A DNA stretch of 64,000 nucleotides from a virus: IMG/VR virus record IMGVR_UViG_3300027754_000042; one strand, 5' to 3'. The position numbers were made by a program, and so were the translations under genes. Under the pieces are notes generated by a model. The model worked only from the letters and a program-made list of their open reading frames with translations, was not told the origin of the DNA and did not search any database. Positions 17,209-27,129 of the stretch are shown here, piece after piece. Numbering within the stretch: position 1 is the first letter of the stretch; every line of letters begins with the position of its first letter.

Positions 17209-18150
17209 ATGAATGAAGCATTTATGAACCTCAAGCGCAATCGCGAATCCTCACTTGAGCGTCTTACCAAAGAAATCAATAAGCTATCAACTAAGGAAAC
17301 TGGTTCGTCTAAGGACGAGCGTTTCTGGCAGCCCGAAGTAGATAAGATGGGTAATGGCTTTGCTGTTATTCGCTTTCTTCCTGCTCCTGCTGGTGAAGAA
17401 GTTCCGTGGGTTCGTGTTTGGAATCACGGCTTTCAAGGCCCAGGTGGTTGGTATATTGAGAACTCTTTGACAACCATCGGTCAGCAAGATCCTGTATCTG
17501 AGATGAACTCCAAGCTTTGGAATTCTGGCAACGAAAAGGACAAGGAAATTGTCCGTCAGCGTAAGCGTCGTCTCAACTACATCTCAAATATCGTCGTACT
17601 CAAGGATCCTGCACATCCTGAGAATGAAGGTAAAGTCTTTCTTTTCAAGTTCGGTAAGAAGATTTGGGATAAGCTGGATGAAGTCATGCATCCTCCTTTC
17701 GATGAACAGGGTCGCAGCCCAGAAAATCCTAAGTACGATCCAGTAAACGCATTCAATCCTTTTGAATTGTGGGATGGTGCTAATTTCAAGCTAAAGATTC
17801 GTAAGGTCGAAGGCTATCGCAATTACGATAAATCTGAGTTTGATGCACCAGCTGCTCTTGCTAGTGATGAGGATATGGCTGCAATGTGGCAGGGTGCTCA
17901 TTCGCTTCAGGCTTTTCTTGCGCCGTCTAACTTCAAGTCTTACGATGAGTTGAAGACAAAGCTGGAGAAGGTTCTTGCTGAGCCAGCTGGCGCATCTTAT
18001 CGCAATGAGGATGATATCCCTTTTGACCGTCCGACTGCCCGTTCAATGGCTGCACCAGCAGTAGGGAAGTCGGCACCAGCTCCTAAGGCTAAGGCTGTAG
18101 ATGATGACGATTTGTCGTTCTTTGAAAAGCTTGCTGAGGATGACGAGTAA
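17209..18150 (+). CDS. gp32: Single-stranded DNA-binding protein gp32
   Basis: DERFW, GNGFAVIRFLP, HGFQGPGGWYIENSLTT, GANFKLKI, NYDKSEF, acidic C-terminal tail. Confidence 0.96.
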   Translation: MNEAFMNLKRNRESSLERLTKEINKLSTKETGSSKDERFWQPEVDKMGNGFAVIRFLPAPAGEEVPWVRVWNHGFQGPGGWYIENSLTTIGQQDPVSEMNSKLWNSGNEKDKEIVRQRKRRLNYISNIVVLKDPAHPENEGKVFLFKFGKKIWDKLDEVMHPPFDEQGRSPENPKYDPVNAFNPFELWDGANFKLKIRKVEGYRNYDKSEFDAPAALASDEDMAAMWQGAHSLQAFLAPSNFKSYDELKTKLEKVLAEPAGASYRNEDDIPFDRPTARSMAAPAVGKSAPAPKAKAVDDDDLSFFEKLAEDDE

Positions 18151-18157
18151 GACACTT

Positions 18158-18184
18158 GGGGGAACTTCGGTTCCCCCTTTTTTT
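18158..18184 (+). terminator. Intrinsic terminator with a cUUCGg tetraloop
   Basis: GGGGGAAC-TTCG-GTTCCCCC followed by a T7 run, between convergent genes. Confidence 0.92.
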
Positions 18185-20258
18185 ATTGATGATTTTCCAT
18201 CTTCTGTTTACCAAAAAATCTATTCAAGAATGGATTAGTTGCTGAGAGAGGTATGTTTGGTGTGACGTTAGTATCACCACCTGCGCTCTTATTCATCACA
18301 TTATAATCATTCATATTTGTCTGTAAGATTTGACCTAACTTACCTTTATAACCAGCCGACTCGTCTCCCTCTGGTTCAATCTTAGTTGGTGCTGTTGCAG
18401 CAGGTTTTGCTGATGGTGCGCCAGCCCCTGGTACAGCTGGTGGGTTCTCAGCATTAGCTTCAGGTCCACCACTAATAGCAGCACCAAATGCTTTTGGGCC
18501 TGCTCGCATACCAGCCGCCGCTGGTGTTGCACCAGCAGCCACTTTAGCGTTCTGTTCAGCGCGTTGTTCCTCTTTTGGTTTATATCTTACATCATTAGCT
18601 CTATCTTTATCATCTATACCTTGCATGTTTAACATCGCATCACGCGCAGCATTAGAATCTACGGTGGCTGTTATACCTTTTGCATGTGTTGCACCCATAG
18701 CATCTTCATCTTCTTTTTTATATTTTGCTTCCATGATGTTGGATGCATTTTGCATATTAGCCGAGCGAACATCTCTATCACTAAGACCAGTATCACCGCC
18801 AGGTAATCCGTCTGTTGGTAATGTATGACTACCACCACCTCGCCCTAACATGCGAGGATCAGTATGGTCGCCACCACCACGACCAATAGCGCCGGTTGTT
18901 TCACCTGTAGTGTGCCCACCACCACGTCCGAACGTAGCCGGATTTGTCGCGTCTTGAATAGATTTAGCAGCGGCTTTCTTTGCTTCTACTGGTGCACCAG
19001 GTGCAGCCGCAATAGCTTTTAAACCAGCAAGTTCTTTTTGTCTCTGTTGATCCGCAGCAAAGAACATCGCAGTAGCACCAGAATCTCCGTTTCTTTCCAT
19101 GTCCTGTTGTTGTTGAAACATAGCTTTAGATTTAGCGTGTGGATCAGGCGGTGCCATTATAGGTGCACCTGTAGTTGCAGCAGGCGCAGTTTCCGCAGGT
19201 CTTCTCATTGGTTGTGGTGCAGCCGCCGATTGTCTAGCAGCACCAAATGCATCGGTCTCACCACCTATTGACATATCTGTTGGTGCAGCTGGCGCTGCTG
19301 GAGTTGACGCAGCTGGCGCTGCTGGAGTTGACGCAGCTGCCTTTGATGGATCGTTAGCATCGCTACCTGGTGTCTTATATAAATCTTCCGCACTAGCTTC
19401 GCGTGTACTAGACCCTGTCGTTCCAGCAGCACTAGTAGAAGCAGCGGCAGGACCTGCACCACCTTCAGGTGCACCAGATCCACTTTTTGCTTTCGAACCA
19501 GCAGCCTCAGCAAATGCACCAGTTTCACCAGACATTGACATATCGGTTAATTGTGCTCCCTGTGGTGCACCTATTGGTGGTTGAGCTTTATTATATGATG
19601 CCATTGCGCCATCAATTTCAGATTGATCTGGGTTTTCATTTTTAAATTGCTTCCATAATTTATACAATTCAATAGCATCACCGATTGATAATGCAAGACC
19701 AATCGCAACGCCAATCCACCCAATACCCGTAGCAGCAAGAATTGCCATTGTTGCTAACTTTTTACCGATTTTACCGAGTAATAGTGGCGCAGCAATTTTT
19801 AAAAATGAAATGAATGCGTCCCACGTGGAATCGCCACTCGAAGGAATAGCGTCCGCTGCCGCAGCTGGTGCCGCAGCACCTAATGCAGCACCACTGATAG
19901 TAGCACCAGCACCACCGGTAAGCGATGGTGTTATAGCAGCTAGACTTCTGGTAAACTCTGTACGAGACGCAGCCAGTTCTTTATTCAATGTTCTAAAACG
20001 GTCTGTCATATCTCTGTCAACCTTAGCAACAGTCTTTAGAACGCTTGCGATGCTTTTCATAATCTCGTTGGATACTTTTTGCAACTGCGTTAGTTGAATA
20101 TTCAAACGCGACATAGAGTCCGCAAGGTCTGCCATTGAACTCTTGTTAGTCAATAGCGACGATGATGCTTTCTGCATATTACTATCAGCAGACTTGGTAC
20201 TAAATGTTATTGCTGGTCGTTCAAATGGTGTACCAGTTACGAGTTTTGAAATAGCCAT
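18183..20258 (-). CDS. Tape-measure/baseplate-hub-like virion protein (gp29-like position), low complexity
   Basis: N-terminal coiled coil, hydrophobic segments, Ala/Pro/Gly-rich repeats; downstream of gp26/gp51. Confidence 0.5.
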   Translation of the reverse strand: MAISKLVTGTPFERPAITFSTKSADSNMQKASSSLLTNKSSMADLADSMSRLNIQLTQLQKVSNEIMKSIASVLKTVAKVDRDMTDRFRTLNKELAASRTEFTRSLAAITPSLTGGAGATISGAALGAAAPAAAADAIPSSGDSTWDAFISFLKIAAPLLLGKIGKKLATMAILAATGIGWIGVAIGLALSIGDAIELYKLWKQFKNENPDQSEIDGAMASYNKAQPPIGAPQGAQLTDMSMSGETGAFAEAAGSKAKSGSGAPEGGAGPAAASTSAAGTTGSSTREASAEDLYKTPGSDANDPSKAAASTPAAPAASTPAAPAAPTDMSIGGETDAFGAARQSAAAPQPMRRPAETAPAATTGAPIMAPPDPHAKSKAMFQQQQDMERNGDSGATAMFFAADQQRQKELAGLKAIAAAPGAPVEAKKAAAKSIQDATNPATFGRGGGHTTGETTGAIGRGGGDHTDPRMLGRGGGSHTLPTDGLPGGDTGLSDRDVRSANMQNASNIMEAKYKKEDEDAMGATHAKGITATVDSNAARDAMLNMQGIDDKDRANDVRYKPKEEQRAEQNAKVAAGATPAAAGMRAGPKAFGAAISGGPEANAENPPAVPGAGAPSAKPAATAPTKIEPEGDESAGYKGKLGQILQTNMNDYNVMNKSAGGDTNVTPNIPLSATNPFLNRFFGKQKMENHQ
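19285..19339. repeat. 24-bp tandem repeat (~2.3 copies) encoding ASTPAAPA
   Basis: GCAGCTGGCGCTGCTGGAGTTGAC twice plus GCAGCTG. Confidence 0.9.
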
Positions 20259-22618
20259 TAAAATAACCTTCTAAGAGCAGAACCAATTTGTGCACCAATC
20301 ATAAATGGTGATATCATTGCTTCGGGACGATATGTTGGTCCTGCCATCTGTTGAAATATATTGGTTCTAATATCATTCGTGACGGTTCTATTGATAATGT
20401 TTGTATCAACTGGTGGACACGCACACGCACGATTCACAGCATAATCTTGTGAAGCGCCGGCCATTCTACTACCTCCACCACCACCAGGTGCACCTGCATT
20501 ATAATCTGGTGCAGGTGCACCAGGAACCGATGTCGAAGGTGCTTGATAATTACTACCACCTGCCAATTGAATATGCACCGGATCACTACCACCAAATGGA
20601 AACGACACACCATACTTAGCAAGAATACCTTGAAACGCTGATCCTAATCCAGGATTAATATCCAAAGCTTGGCCTTTTCCGTGCGAAGAACCTCTACCAC
20701 TTCCTGGAACTGTATACGATTGCCCACCAACCGTAACAACTTGAGTGTTTTGAGGTCTTGCGGGTGTATAGATACCTGGTTCACGAAGAATATTACCGCG
20801 AACCCAAAGCTGTGCTTGATATGCGTCATCGCGATAAGCAGAATTGATTCTAACAGGACCACCATATTCTCTAGCCGCTTGATAAAATCTTTTCATTAGT
20901 TCGGGATCTACTTTGGATACATCGACATTTCCTGTTACGTTGTTAGGCTTAGATGTATTACCCAAACTCGCAAGCGAAGTCTGCACTTGTTGCTGCGATG
21001 GTGCACCTGTCGTATCTAGTGGGCGCACAGTACCAGCTTGCTGCATAGGCGCAAGACTAAATTTCTGATTGAATGCTGCTACTTTTCCTTCTAGTTCTTT
21101 TTTCTTTGCTTCATTAGCTTCACCGAGTCTAGCACCAGGACCTTTTTTCGCTGCAAGATCGTTTATATTTTTTAGCATCGTTACGTTGGCTTGATGCGTT
21201 GCAGCTTCTTCTGGTGTCGCAGAAGGTCTACGTTGGGGTGCACCTGTAGTTGCGGCTGGAGTTGTTGGTGCAGTGGTTGGCCCACCAGATGGTGCTGCAG
21301 GTGCAGCTGGTGTTGTTTGTTGAGCAGCAGCAGTTTGAACATTACCGCCCATTTGCTGGTATGTTTTCATCCATGACGCTTGATATGCTTGTGGTGTTAA
21401 ACCTTTATTGACACCCAGTGCTTTCGCAGACATGCGACCTTGAGCATTACCAGTATACCAAACAAGTGGAATTTTTGATACGTCATTATTATTTTGACGA
21501 AGAACTTCAGAAATATAAACATCTGCTACTTTATCTTGTACATCTGGTGGAGCCATAAATGCTCGTGGATATTTTTGTATATCTACGCCAGCTGCCTGTG
21601 CGCGTGAACGCCATGTGCCATCAATAAACTGATAAGCACCAGATGCACTAGATGATTTTGAACGGATGTTATAGTTACCATCAGATTCGCGTTTTTTTAT
21701 CGTTTCAAGGATTTGTTTATTGCTACCAGATGCTGGCGTATTGGGCCACATTCCACCTGGTGGCGCTTCACCACTAGGACCACCGCCGGGACCACCGCCG
21801 CCTGGACTAGTTGCAATCAAAGCAGCGCCGCCAGCAATTGCTGCGCCTGCTACCGCAAGACCTATACCTACTCTCGTATTTTTAGCAGATCGAGATTGCT
21901 GCATTCTCTGCGCCCGCGCAAGAACTGCGGTGCTTCGCGAAGCTTTGAGTGATTTGCGCCCAGCGCCTTTACGCCCAGGCTTTGGTGCTACAGAACCACC
22001 AGCTTGTGTTGGTGCTTTAGTGCCAGTCAACGTCTCAATAACTTTATCTTGAAATTCTTGGTTATTTTGAATCATGGTACGGATGACAGTTTCATTTTGC
22101 TCTGTCATCTTTTGAACAACGCCAGCCATCTGTTCAAACAGTTTTGGATATGATTCCATTATCTTCTGGTTTGTGGTAATCAGATTGGTAGCGATAGATA
22201 CGTTTCGATTGAATTGCTTGATAACCTTGCTAGGTACACCTGTTGCTTTAGTTGCGGCCTTTATGCCTGGTGCTTTTGGCATTGCAGCAGCAATTGCTTC
22301 ACGTTTTTCTTGCGGTGGAAAATATGCAGCAATCTTATCTGGTGCTGGTTTGCCTTGATCGTCAAGGATAGAACCATCTGGTGCATAGTAGTATTTGGTG
22401 TTCTTCAATACGCCAGCAATTTGAGCGTTATTCTTTTTCTTTCTCTTAGGTGCTGCTATCACAACAGCAGCTTCTTCAACGGGAGGTGGTGCAGCAAACA
22501 TCGCGGAAATTCGCGCAGACGCGGGAATGCCGTTCTCATCCACAACCGTACCATCACTCTTGTAATAGTAATCGGTGTTTCCTAAACTGCCTGCTACTGG
22601 TCCTGGCTTTTTAGCCAT
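20258..22618 (-). CDS. Tail-associated protein with a lysozyme-like (transglycosylase) domain and an M15-type peptidase domain
   Basis: RESDGNY...ASGAYQFIDGTW...QD (lysozyme-like); INSAYR...Q...SSHGKGQALDI...DPVHIQL (M15 Zn ligands H, D, H). Confidence 0.75.
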   Translation of the reverse strand: MAKKPGPVAGSLGNTDYYYKSDGTVVDENGIPASARISAMFAAPPPVEEAAVVIAAPKRKKKNNAQIAGVLKNTKYYYAPDGSILDDQGKPAPDKIAAYFPPQEKREAIAAAMPKAPGIKAATKATGVPSKVIKQFNRNVSIATNLITTNQKIMESYPKLFEQMAGVVQKMTEQNETVIRTMIQNNQEFQDKVIETLTGTKAPTQAGGSVAPKPGRKGAGRKSLKASRSTAVLARAQRMQQSRSAKNTRVGIGLAVAGAAIAGGAALIATSPGGGGPGGGPSGEAPPGGMWPNTPASGSNKQILETIKKRESDGNYNIRSKSSSASGAYQFIDGTWRSRAQAAGVDIQKYPRAFMAPPDVQDKVADVYISEVLRQNNNDVSKIPLVWYTGNAQGRMSAKALGVNKGLTPQAYQASWMKTYQQMGGNVQTAAAQQTTPAAPAAPSGGPTTAPTTPAATTGAPQRRPSATPEEAATHQANVTMLKNINDLAAKKGPGARLGEANEAKKKELEGKVAAFNQKFSLAPMQQAGTVRPLDTTGAPSQQQVQTSLASLGNTSKPNNVTGNVDVSKVDPELMKRFYQAAREYGGPVRINSAYRDDAYQAQLWVRGNILREPGIYTPARPQNTQVVTVGGQSYTVPGSGRGSSHGKGQALDINPGLGSAFQGILAKYGVSFPFGGSDPVHIQLAGGSNYQAPSTSVPGAPAPDYNAGAPGGGGGSRMAGASQDYAVNRACACPPVDTNIINRTVTNDIRTNIFQQMAGPTYRPEAMISPFMIGAQIGSALRRLF

Positions 22619-22621
22619 TTG

Positions 22622-22798
22622 TTATCCTCGTTCGCGTTCTTCTTTTAGTTTCTCAAGGTATTCAAGGAGCATCTTAACGTAAATATCCCTCTCCCAGGGT
22701 ATCATTCCTTCAATGTCACTCAGAGAATATTTGTGGTGTTGCATAAGCGAAAAGTTGGTTTGATAGTAGTTTGCTAGTGTGTTATGAGAGAGGACCAT
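22622..22798 (-). CDS. gp51: Baseplate hub assembly protein gp51-like (58 aa)
   Basis: Hand-translated MVLSHNTLANYYQTNFSLMQHHKYSLSDIEGMIPWERDIYVKMLLEYLEK...; TAATG overlap with gp26. Confidence 0.85.
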   Translation of the reverse strand: MVLSHNTLANYYQTNFSLMQHHKYSLSDIEGMIPWERDIYVKMLLEYLEKLKEERERG

Positions 22799-23505
22799 TA
22801 AAAAAAATCAGACAGGCCCTCCAACGTAACGGTATCTTCTTGCCCACAACCACGACACTTATAACTAAACGAATGCTTTAGCTTTGGAATCGTTTGAATG
22901 AACTGCATTACCTTAGCAAACTGGACGCTATTGAGGCCTTCAATAAACTGAATTGAATCAGCCAAATTATCCGGTTCGTAAACTTCTTCTGCGTCATATA
23001 CTGACATAATACATTTAGCCAACATCTCAATTTCATCGTCACCCTGAGTAATCTGTTTGATATCACTGATGGTAGGATATCGCATTTCCATACCAAGAAT
23101 GCCATCAAGATCAATTCTACTTGAGTGACTATCACTTTTTTGGACCTTCACTTCTTCAAGATTGATATCAACTGGTGTAACAGCTTCACATGCGATGCCA
23201 GCGTAATTTACACTGCCGGTGTGGCGATATTCCATCTTGACGATTTCACCAATTGACTTCGCTCTAATGTTGAGGAAGATATATTCAAGGTCAAAATATG
23301 GTAGCTTATCCACATTAATATCACTAACGACACATGCGGCGATAACATCTTTCACAGCATCAATCATGGAATTTTGGTCTTCAGCAGATGCAGCCATAAG
23401 CAACATCTTTTCCTCTTTCACAACAAACGGCCTAAAATTAATTCTCTCTCCGTTTGATGGTAGTTCTAATCCAAACTTTGGTGTAGCCAATTTTGGTAGT
23501 GCCAT
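22798..23505 (-). CDS. gp26: Baseplate hub subunit / chaperone gp26
   Basis: MALPKL..P...LPS...FRPFVVKEEK, FDLEYIFLNIRAKSIGE, MRYPT, CxxC, LEGLSDFF. Confidence 0.9.
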   Translation of the reverse strand: MALPKLATPKFGLELPSNGERINFRPFVVKEEKMLLMAASAEDQNSMIDAVKDVIAACVVSDINVDKLPYFDLEYIFLNIRAKSIGEIVKMEYRHTGSVNYAGIACEAVTPVDINLEEVKVQKSDSHSSRIDLDGILGMEMRYPTISDIKQITQGDDEIEMLAKCIMSVYDAEEVYEPDNLADSIQFIEGLNSVQFAKVMQFIQTIPKLKHSFSYKCRGCGQEDTVTLEGLSDFF

Positions 23506-23527
23506 AATTTACCCCACTTGTTTAATA

Positions 23528-24268
23528 TTAAACCCCAAACATTCCAGGGTCATTTCCAATCCAATCAATAACAAAATCTGAACTGTTTTTGAATGATCTA
23601 TTAGCTTCAATAGATGTGCGATATCTCATTTCAACTTGAAGCTTTGCATATCCTTCATCACCCCATGACATAGCAATATCATTTACAGTGCTTGGGTAAG
23701 CTTCTAGAAATTTGATTTGATTTTGAATGATATGGTCCGGTTGATCTTGCATTGTAAGTCCAGGATTACCTAACCCAGTTCCGGGTGTTTGATTGAATGC
23801 TGGACTACCTGCTACTCTAGGGCTCTGTGTTGGAAATTGTTGAGGTGTTGGTTGTGAATATTGCCAAATTTCAAATTCTCCAATGCCATCATCATAATAT
23901 TTTGAGTCGAACATTCCTGGTACAATGGCTGTATTATAATTAGTACGATGATGCCCAACAAAATAATCTTGCCATTTCATAAATGCTTCGCGCTCGCGCA
24001 TGTCACGCGAGAGAATAACTGTGAAAGTAACTGGTTGGTGTGTAAAACGATATGGCATTGCGCGAACTGGCCCATGATATTGTTGGTCCAATGTTGTCAA
24101 GGTGCGCCCAGGTAGATTAACTGCTTCGATACGAAAGCGCATACCTACCTCTAAACCAGGTAGTGTTCTACCACCTGGACCTCGTGTTATAACAGCTTCA
24201 AAGTGTGAAGGTGCTGCGATACCTGTTCTAGATATTTGTGAGTTAAAAACTGCTACATTAAATGGCAT
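23528..24268 (-). CDS. Tail tube initiator gp54-like (tube-fold protein)
   Basis: VNLPGRTL, TF...FMKWQD, EAYPSTV pattern; synteny between gp2 and gp26. Confidence 0.65.
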   Translation of the reverse strand: MPFNVAVFNSQISRTGIAAPSHFEAVITRGPGGRTLPGLEVGMRFRIEAVNLPGRTLTTLDQQYHGPVRAMPYRFTHQPVTFTVILSRDMREREAFMKWQDYFVGHHRTNYNTAIVPGMFDSKYYDDGIGEFEIWQYSQPTPQQFPTQSPRVAGSPAFNQTPGTGLGNPGLTMQDQPDHIIQNQIKFLEAYPSTVNDIAMSWGDEGYAKLQVEMRYRTSIEANRSFKNSSDFVIDWIGNDPGMFGV

Positions 24269-24270
24269 GG

Positions 24271-24873
24271 TTAAATCCTATTGCGACTGTCTTTGTAGAC
24301 AACATTTTTACTTGCTCCAACAAATCTATCAAGCGGAAGAAACAAAGCCATGTCCCACTCAGTGGGTTCAATATAGAAAAATTTAGATTGCACATGCGAG
24401 ATCAGATAACGCTTGACGCATGGCTTGAAGAAACGGTAGCGCGATGCTTGACTAAGGATGTCATAGGATATCTTTAGCTTTGTCTTTTCGTCAAACGTCT
24501 TTGACGACGCTACGTTGTATAATGCATCCATCAGCTTTGCTCGCAGCACTGGTGGCAAATAGTGAAGATTCAAACCAAGAAACGAACCACCAGACGATGC
24601 GGTACCACCAGTCTTGCCACCAGAGCCAATAGGAATTACAAGTGGATATCTATCGTAATATGGTAGTTTGTTTTTAGTTTTTGGATCGTAGCGGAACAGA
24701 TACATGCGACCGATCAGAGGTATGTTTGTTAATCTGTTGGCTTGACTACGAAGCATCAATGCTGGATTGGCATTGACAGCCTGCGCTTGCTTACGGAACC
24801 ATGCGCGAGAGTCGCGCTTGATGCCAGCACTCTCAGCTTTACTAACTAAGCTATCGAAGATGTATGCGACCAT
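24271..24873 (-). CDS. gp2: DNA end protector gp2
   Basis: YDPKTKNKLPYYDRYPL, GLNLHYLPP, KPCVKRYL. Confidence 0.92.
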   Translation of the reverse strand: MVAYIFDSLVSKAESAGIKRDSRAWFRKQAQAVNANPALMLRSQANRLTNIPLIGRMYLFRYDPKTKNKLPYYDRYPLVIPIGSGGKTGGTASSGGSFLGLNLHYLPPVLRAKLMDALYNVASSKTFDEKTKLKISYDILSQASRYRFFKPCVKRYLISHVQSKFFYIEPTEWDMALFLPLDRFVGASKNVVYKDSRNRI

Positions 24874-25319
24874 TAAAGACCGAGTTCCTTTTCCGTAAGC
24901 ACTACGAATTGCCAGTTGCGATCAGCACAATATTCTTTTGCAGCTTCCCACTTTGAGCTATTTATGCCCCAAGTCATCACTTCTTTCAAGTATTTCTTAC
25001 TTGGCTTTGATGCGCTTTTCTTGATAGTAGGCGGCACAGATTGAGCTTTTGGTTTTACCTCTAGCATCTTCACGCTAACTTTTCCATCTCTATCGCGCAT
25101 CTTAACCACGAAGTCTGGAAAGTATCGGTGCCATTTGCCATCTATTGGAGACTTGTATGGAATCGCAAGCTCTTCTGATGCCCACTGAATAATATTAGGA
25201 TTACTATCAAGATAACCCATGACGCGCAGTTCCCACGATGATCGGTAAACAATCTTCGTGGGATCACCTTTATATTTCTGAGGGTTCTTTGGCGTAAAAC
25301 GCCCACTGTAAGCTTTCAT
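24873..25319 (-). CDS. gp4: Head completion nuclease gp4
   Basis: PKNPQKYKGD, YRSSWE, WASEE, HRYFPDF, EVKP, KWEAA, LTEKEL. Confidence 0.93.
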   Translation of the reverse strand: MKAYSGRFTPKNPQKYKGDPTKIVYRSSWELRVMGYLDSNPNIIQWASEELAIPYKSPIDGKWHRYFPDFVVKMRDRDGKVSVKMLEVKPKAQSVPPTIKKSASKPSKKYLKEVMTWGINSSKWEAAKEYCADRNWQFVVLTEKELGL

Positions 25320-25336
25320 GCACTCTATGTATTGCG

Positions 25337-25344
25337 TATAAATA
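25337..25344 (+). promoter_or_regulatory. Late promoter TATAAATA for the baseplate operon
   Basis: Exact consensus upstream of AGGAG RBS and ATG 25369. Confidence 0.8.
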
Positions 25345-25368
25345 GACTCAGTTAGGAGATAACAAAAT

Positions 25369-26526
25369 ATGCCACCAGACGATAACGCATCAGGAGTTGC
25401 TATAGCAAGAGCGCAAGCAGGTGCACCACCGGTTCAAGCAACCGCCCGCGCACCTGGGCTTACTTCTATAAATCAATCAATGCTTGGTAGCACTGGTGGT
25501 GATCCTTTTAAAGGGGACATCAACACGTTTCCTAGAGACCTAACCATGAATAATAATTGGGTCGAGTTTGTTGCTAAGCCTACAAAAGGTGCAGCCGAAG
25601 ATTTTATCGGTGGTTTTCTTGGCGGCATATCATCTGTCGTTGGAACTGGTGGAACAATTCGTCTTCCATTACCAGCTAATCTTTCTACCGATTACAATCC
25701 ATCATATACTACACCAGATTTAAGTTTAGGAGTTGGATCCGCTCTAAAAGCTTTTGACCGTGGAATTTATAACAACCAAGATATCCCAGGGCAAGCAGCA
25801 ACTGGTGCATCATTAGCTGGAGCAGGAATATCAGCTGGTGCAGCACTAGCTGCAAAAACTGGTGCAGGAGCTGGATTAACTGCTGCTGGTGCAGCATTAG
25901 GTGTAGGCGGGAATGAACTAGCCGCTGCACTCAAAGTTTTTGGTGGCGTCGCACAAAATCCACACAAGATCGTACTATTTACTGGCGTTGATTTTCGTGA
26001 CCATACGTTTAGTTGGAAACTATCTCCACGCAATCGAGAAGAGTCGGATAGTATTCGCCGAATAATTGAAATGTTTGTTTACTACTCGCACCCTGAATTT
26101 GTTGCTGGTGGTTTATTCTTCAAGTATCCAGAATTTTTTGAAATTAAATTTGCCAGAGACTCGTACCTGTTTAGATTGAGACCATCCGTATGCACAGACA
26201 TTAAGGTTGATTACCATTCGCAAGGCTATGCTGCGTATATCCGCAATGCTGATGGTAGTGGTGAACCTGCACCAGCTGAAGTTTCGTTATCATTGACATT
26301 TAAAGAGACTGAAGTTATTTCTAAGCAATACTTAAATCCGTCACCAGTGGCTCCAGCGGCTGTAAGAGAACCGCCATATGTAAATCCGCAGTCAAGAGGC
26401 ACAATGGCTCGGCCGGATGCTGCCGGTAATGCTGCTGACCGCGCACAACCACCAGTGCCTTTAGATCAACGACCTCGTATACCAGTTCCAACTACAGGCA
26501 GTAATCCAGTTTTGCCAAACTATTAA
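25369..26526 (+). CDS. gp48: Baseplate tail tube cap gp48
   Basis: IRLPLP, NPHKIVLFTGVDFRDHTFSWKLSPRN..ES, YPEFFEI, LSLTFKETE. Confidence 0.8.
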   Translation: MPPDDNASGVAIARAQAGAPPVQATARAPGLTSINQSMLGSTGGDPFKGDINTFPRDLTMNNNWVEFVAKPTKGAAEDFIGGFLGGISSVVGTGGTIRLPLPANLSTDYNPSYTTPDLSLGVGSALKAFDRGIYNNQDIPGQAATGASLAGAGISAGAALAAKTGAGAGLTAAGAALGVGGNELAAALKVFGGVAQNPHKIVLFTGVDFRDHTFSWKLSPRNREESDSIRRIIEMFVYYSHPEFVAGGLFFKYPEFFEIKFARDSYLFRLRPSVCTDIKVDYHSQGYAAYIRNADGSGEPAPAEVSLSLTFKETEVISKQYLNPSPVAPAAVREPPYVNPQSRGTMARPDAAGNAADRAQPPVPLDQRPRIPVPTTGSNPVLPNY

Positions 26527-26541
26527 TAATAGAAAGTAGCA

Positions 26542-27129
26542 ATGTTTTATTTCACACCATTTCCTACTGTTCAATATAAGATACCAAATAGCACGAAGTC
26601 GATCCTTGTTACTGATTTGACTCGCCGTTTTGCTTTGTCAAATTTCTTGAAAAATTCAAATGTTGCTTTTGATACCTATCATGTGAAAGATGGTGAGCGC
26701 CCGGATTCTGTTGCATATGATTATTATGGCGATGTAACTATGGATTGGCTTGTGTTATTGACAAACGAAATTCACGATCCGTATTTTCAGTGGGTACTAT
26801 CATATGAAGAAATGAACGCATATTTGATTGACAAATACGGCTCAGTTGAATATACACAGATAACAGATCATCACTACGAAAAAATTATTCAGCAAGCATA
26901 CCTTCAAAATGATTATGGTACACAAAGAATTGTTCCAGAAAAAACCGTTGTTGTTGATAAGACAACATATCTAACTCTAGTTGCAACCGAACGCAAAGTA
27001 AAAACAATCTACGACCACGAGTCGGAATTAAATGAAGAACGTAGAAAAATTTATCTAATGGATTTGAATTACCTTCTCATCATTAAAGATCAACACCCAA
27101 ATATTTTTGATGGAGTCACTGTACGATGA
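26542..27129 (+). CDS. gp53: Baseplate wedge gp53
   Basis: YF..FP.V.Y, DGERPDSVAYDYYG..W.VLLTN.I.DP..QW, E..LNE. Confidence 0.9.
   Translation: MFYFTPFPTVQYKIPNSTKSILVTDLTRRFALSNFLKNSNVAFDTYHVKDGERPDSVAYDYYGDVTMDWLVLLTNEIHDPYFQWVLSYEEMNAYLIDKYGSVEYTQITDHHYEKIIQQAYLQNDYGTQRIVPEKTVVVDKTTYLTLVATERKVKTIYDHESELNEERRKIYLMDLNYLLIIKDQHPNIFDGVTVR

Noticed and set aside
19285-19339. 24-bp tandem repeat as a CRISPR or DGR element
   Set aside because: No spacers; it is an in-frame linker duplication, and no reverse transcriptase is present in the window
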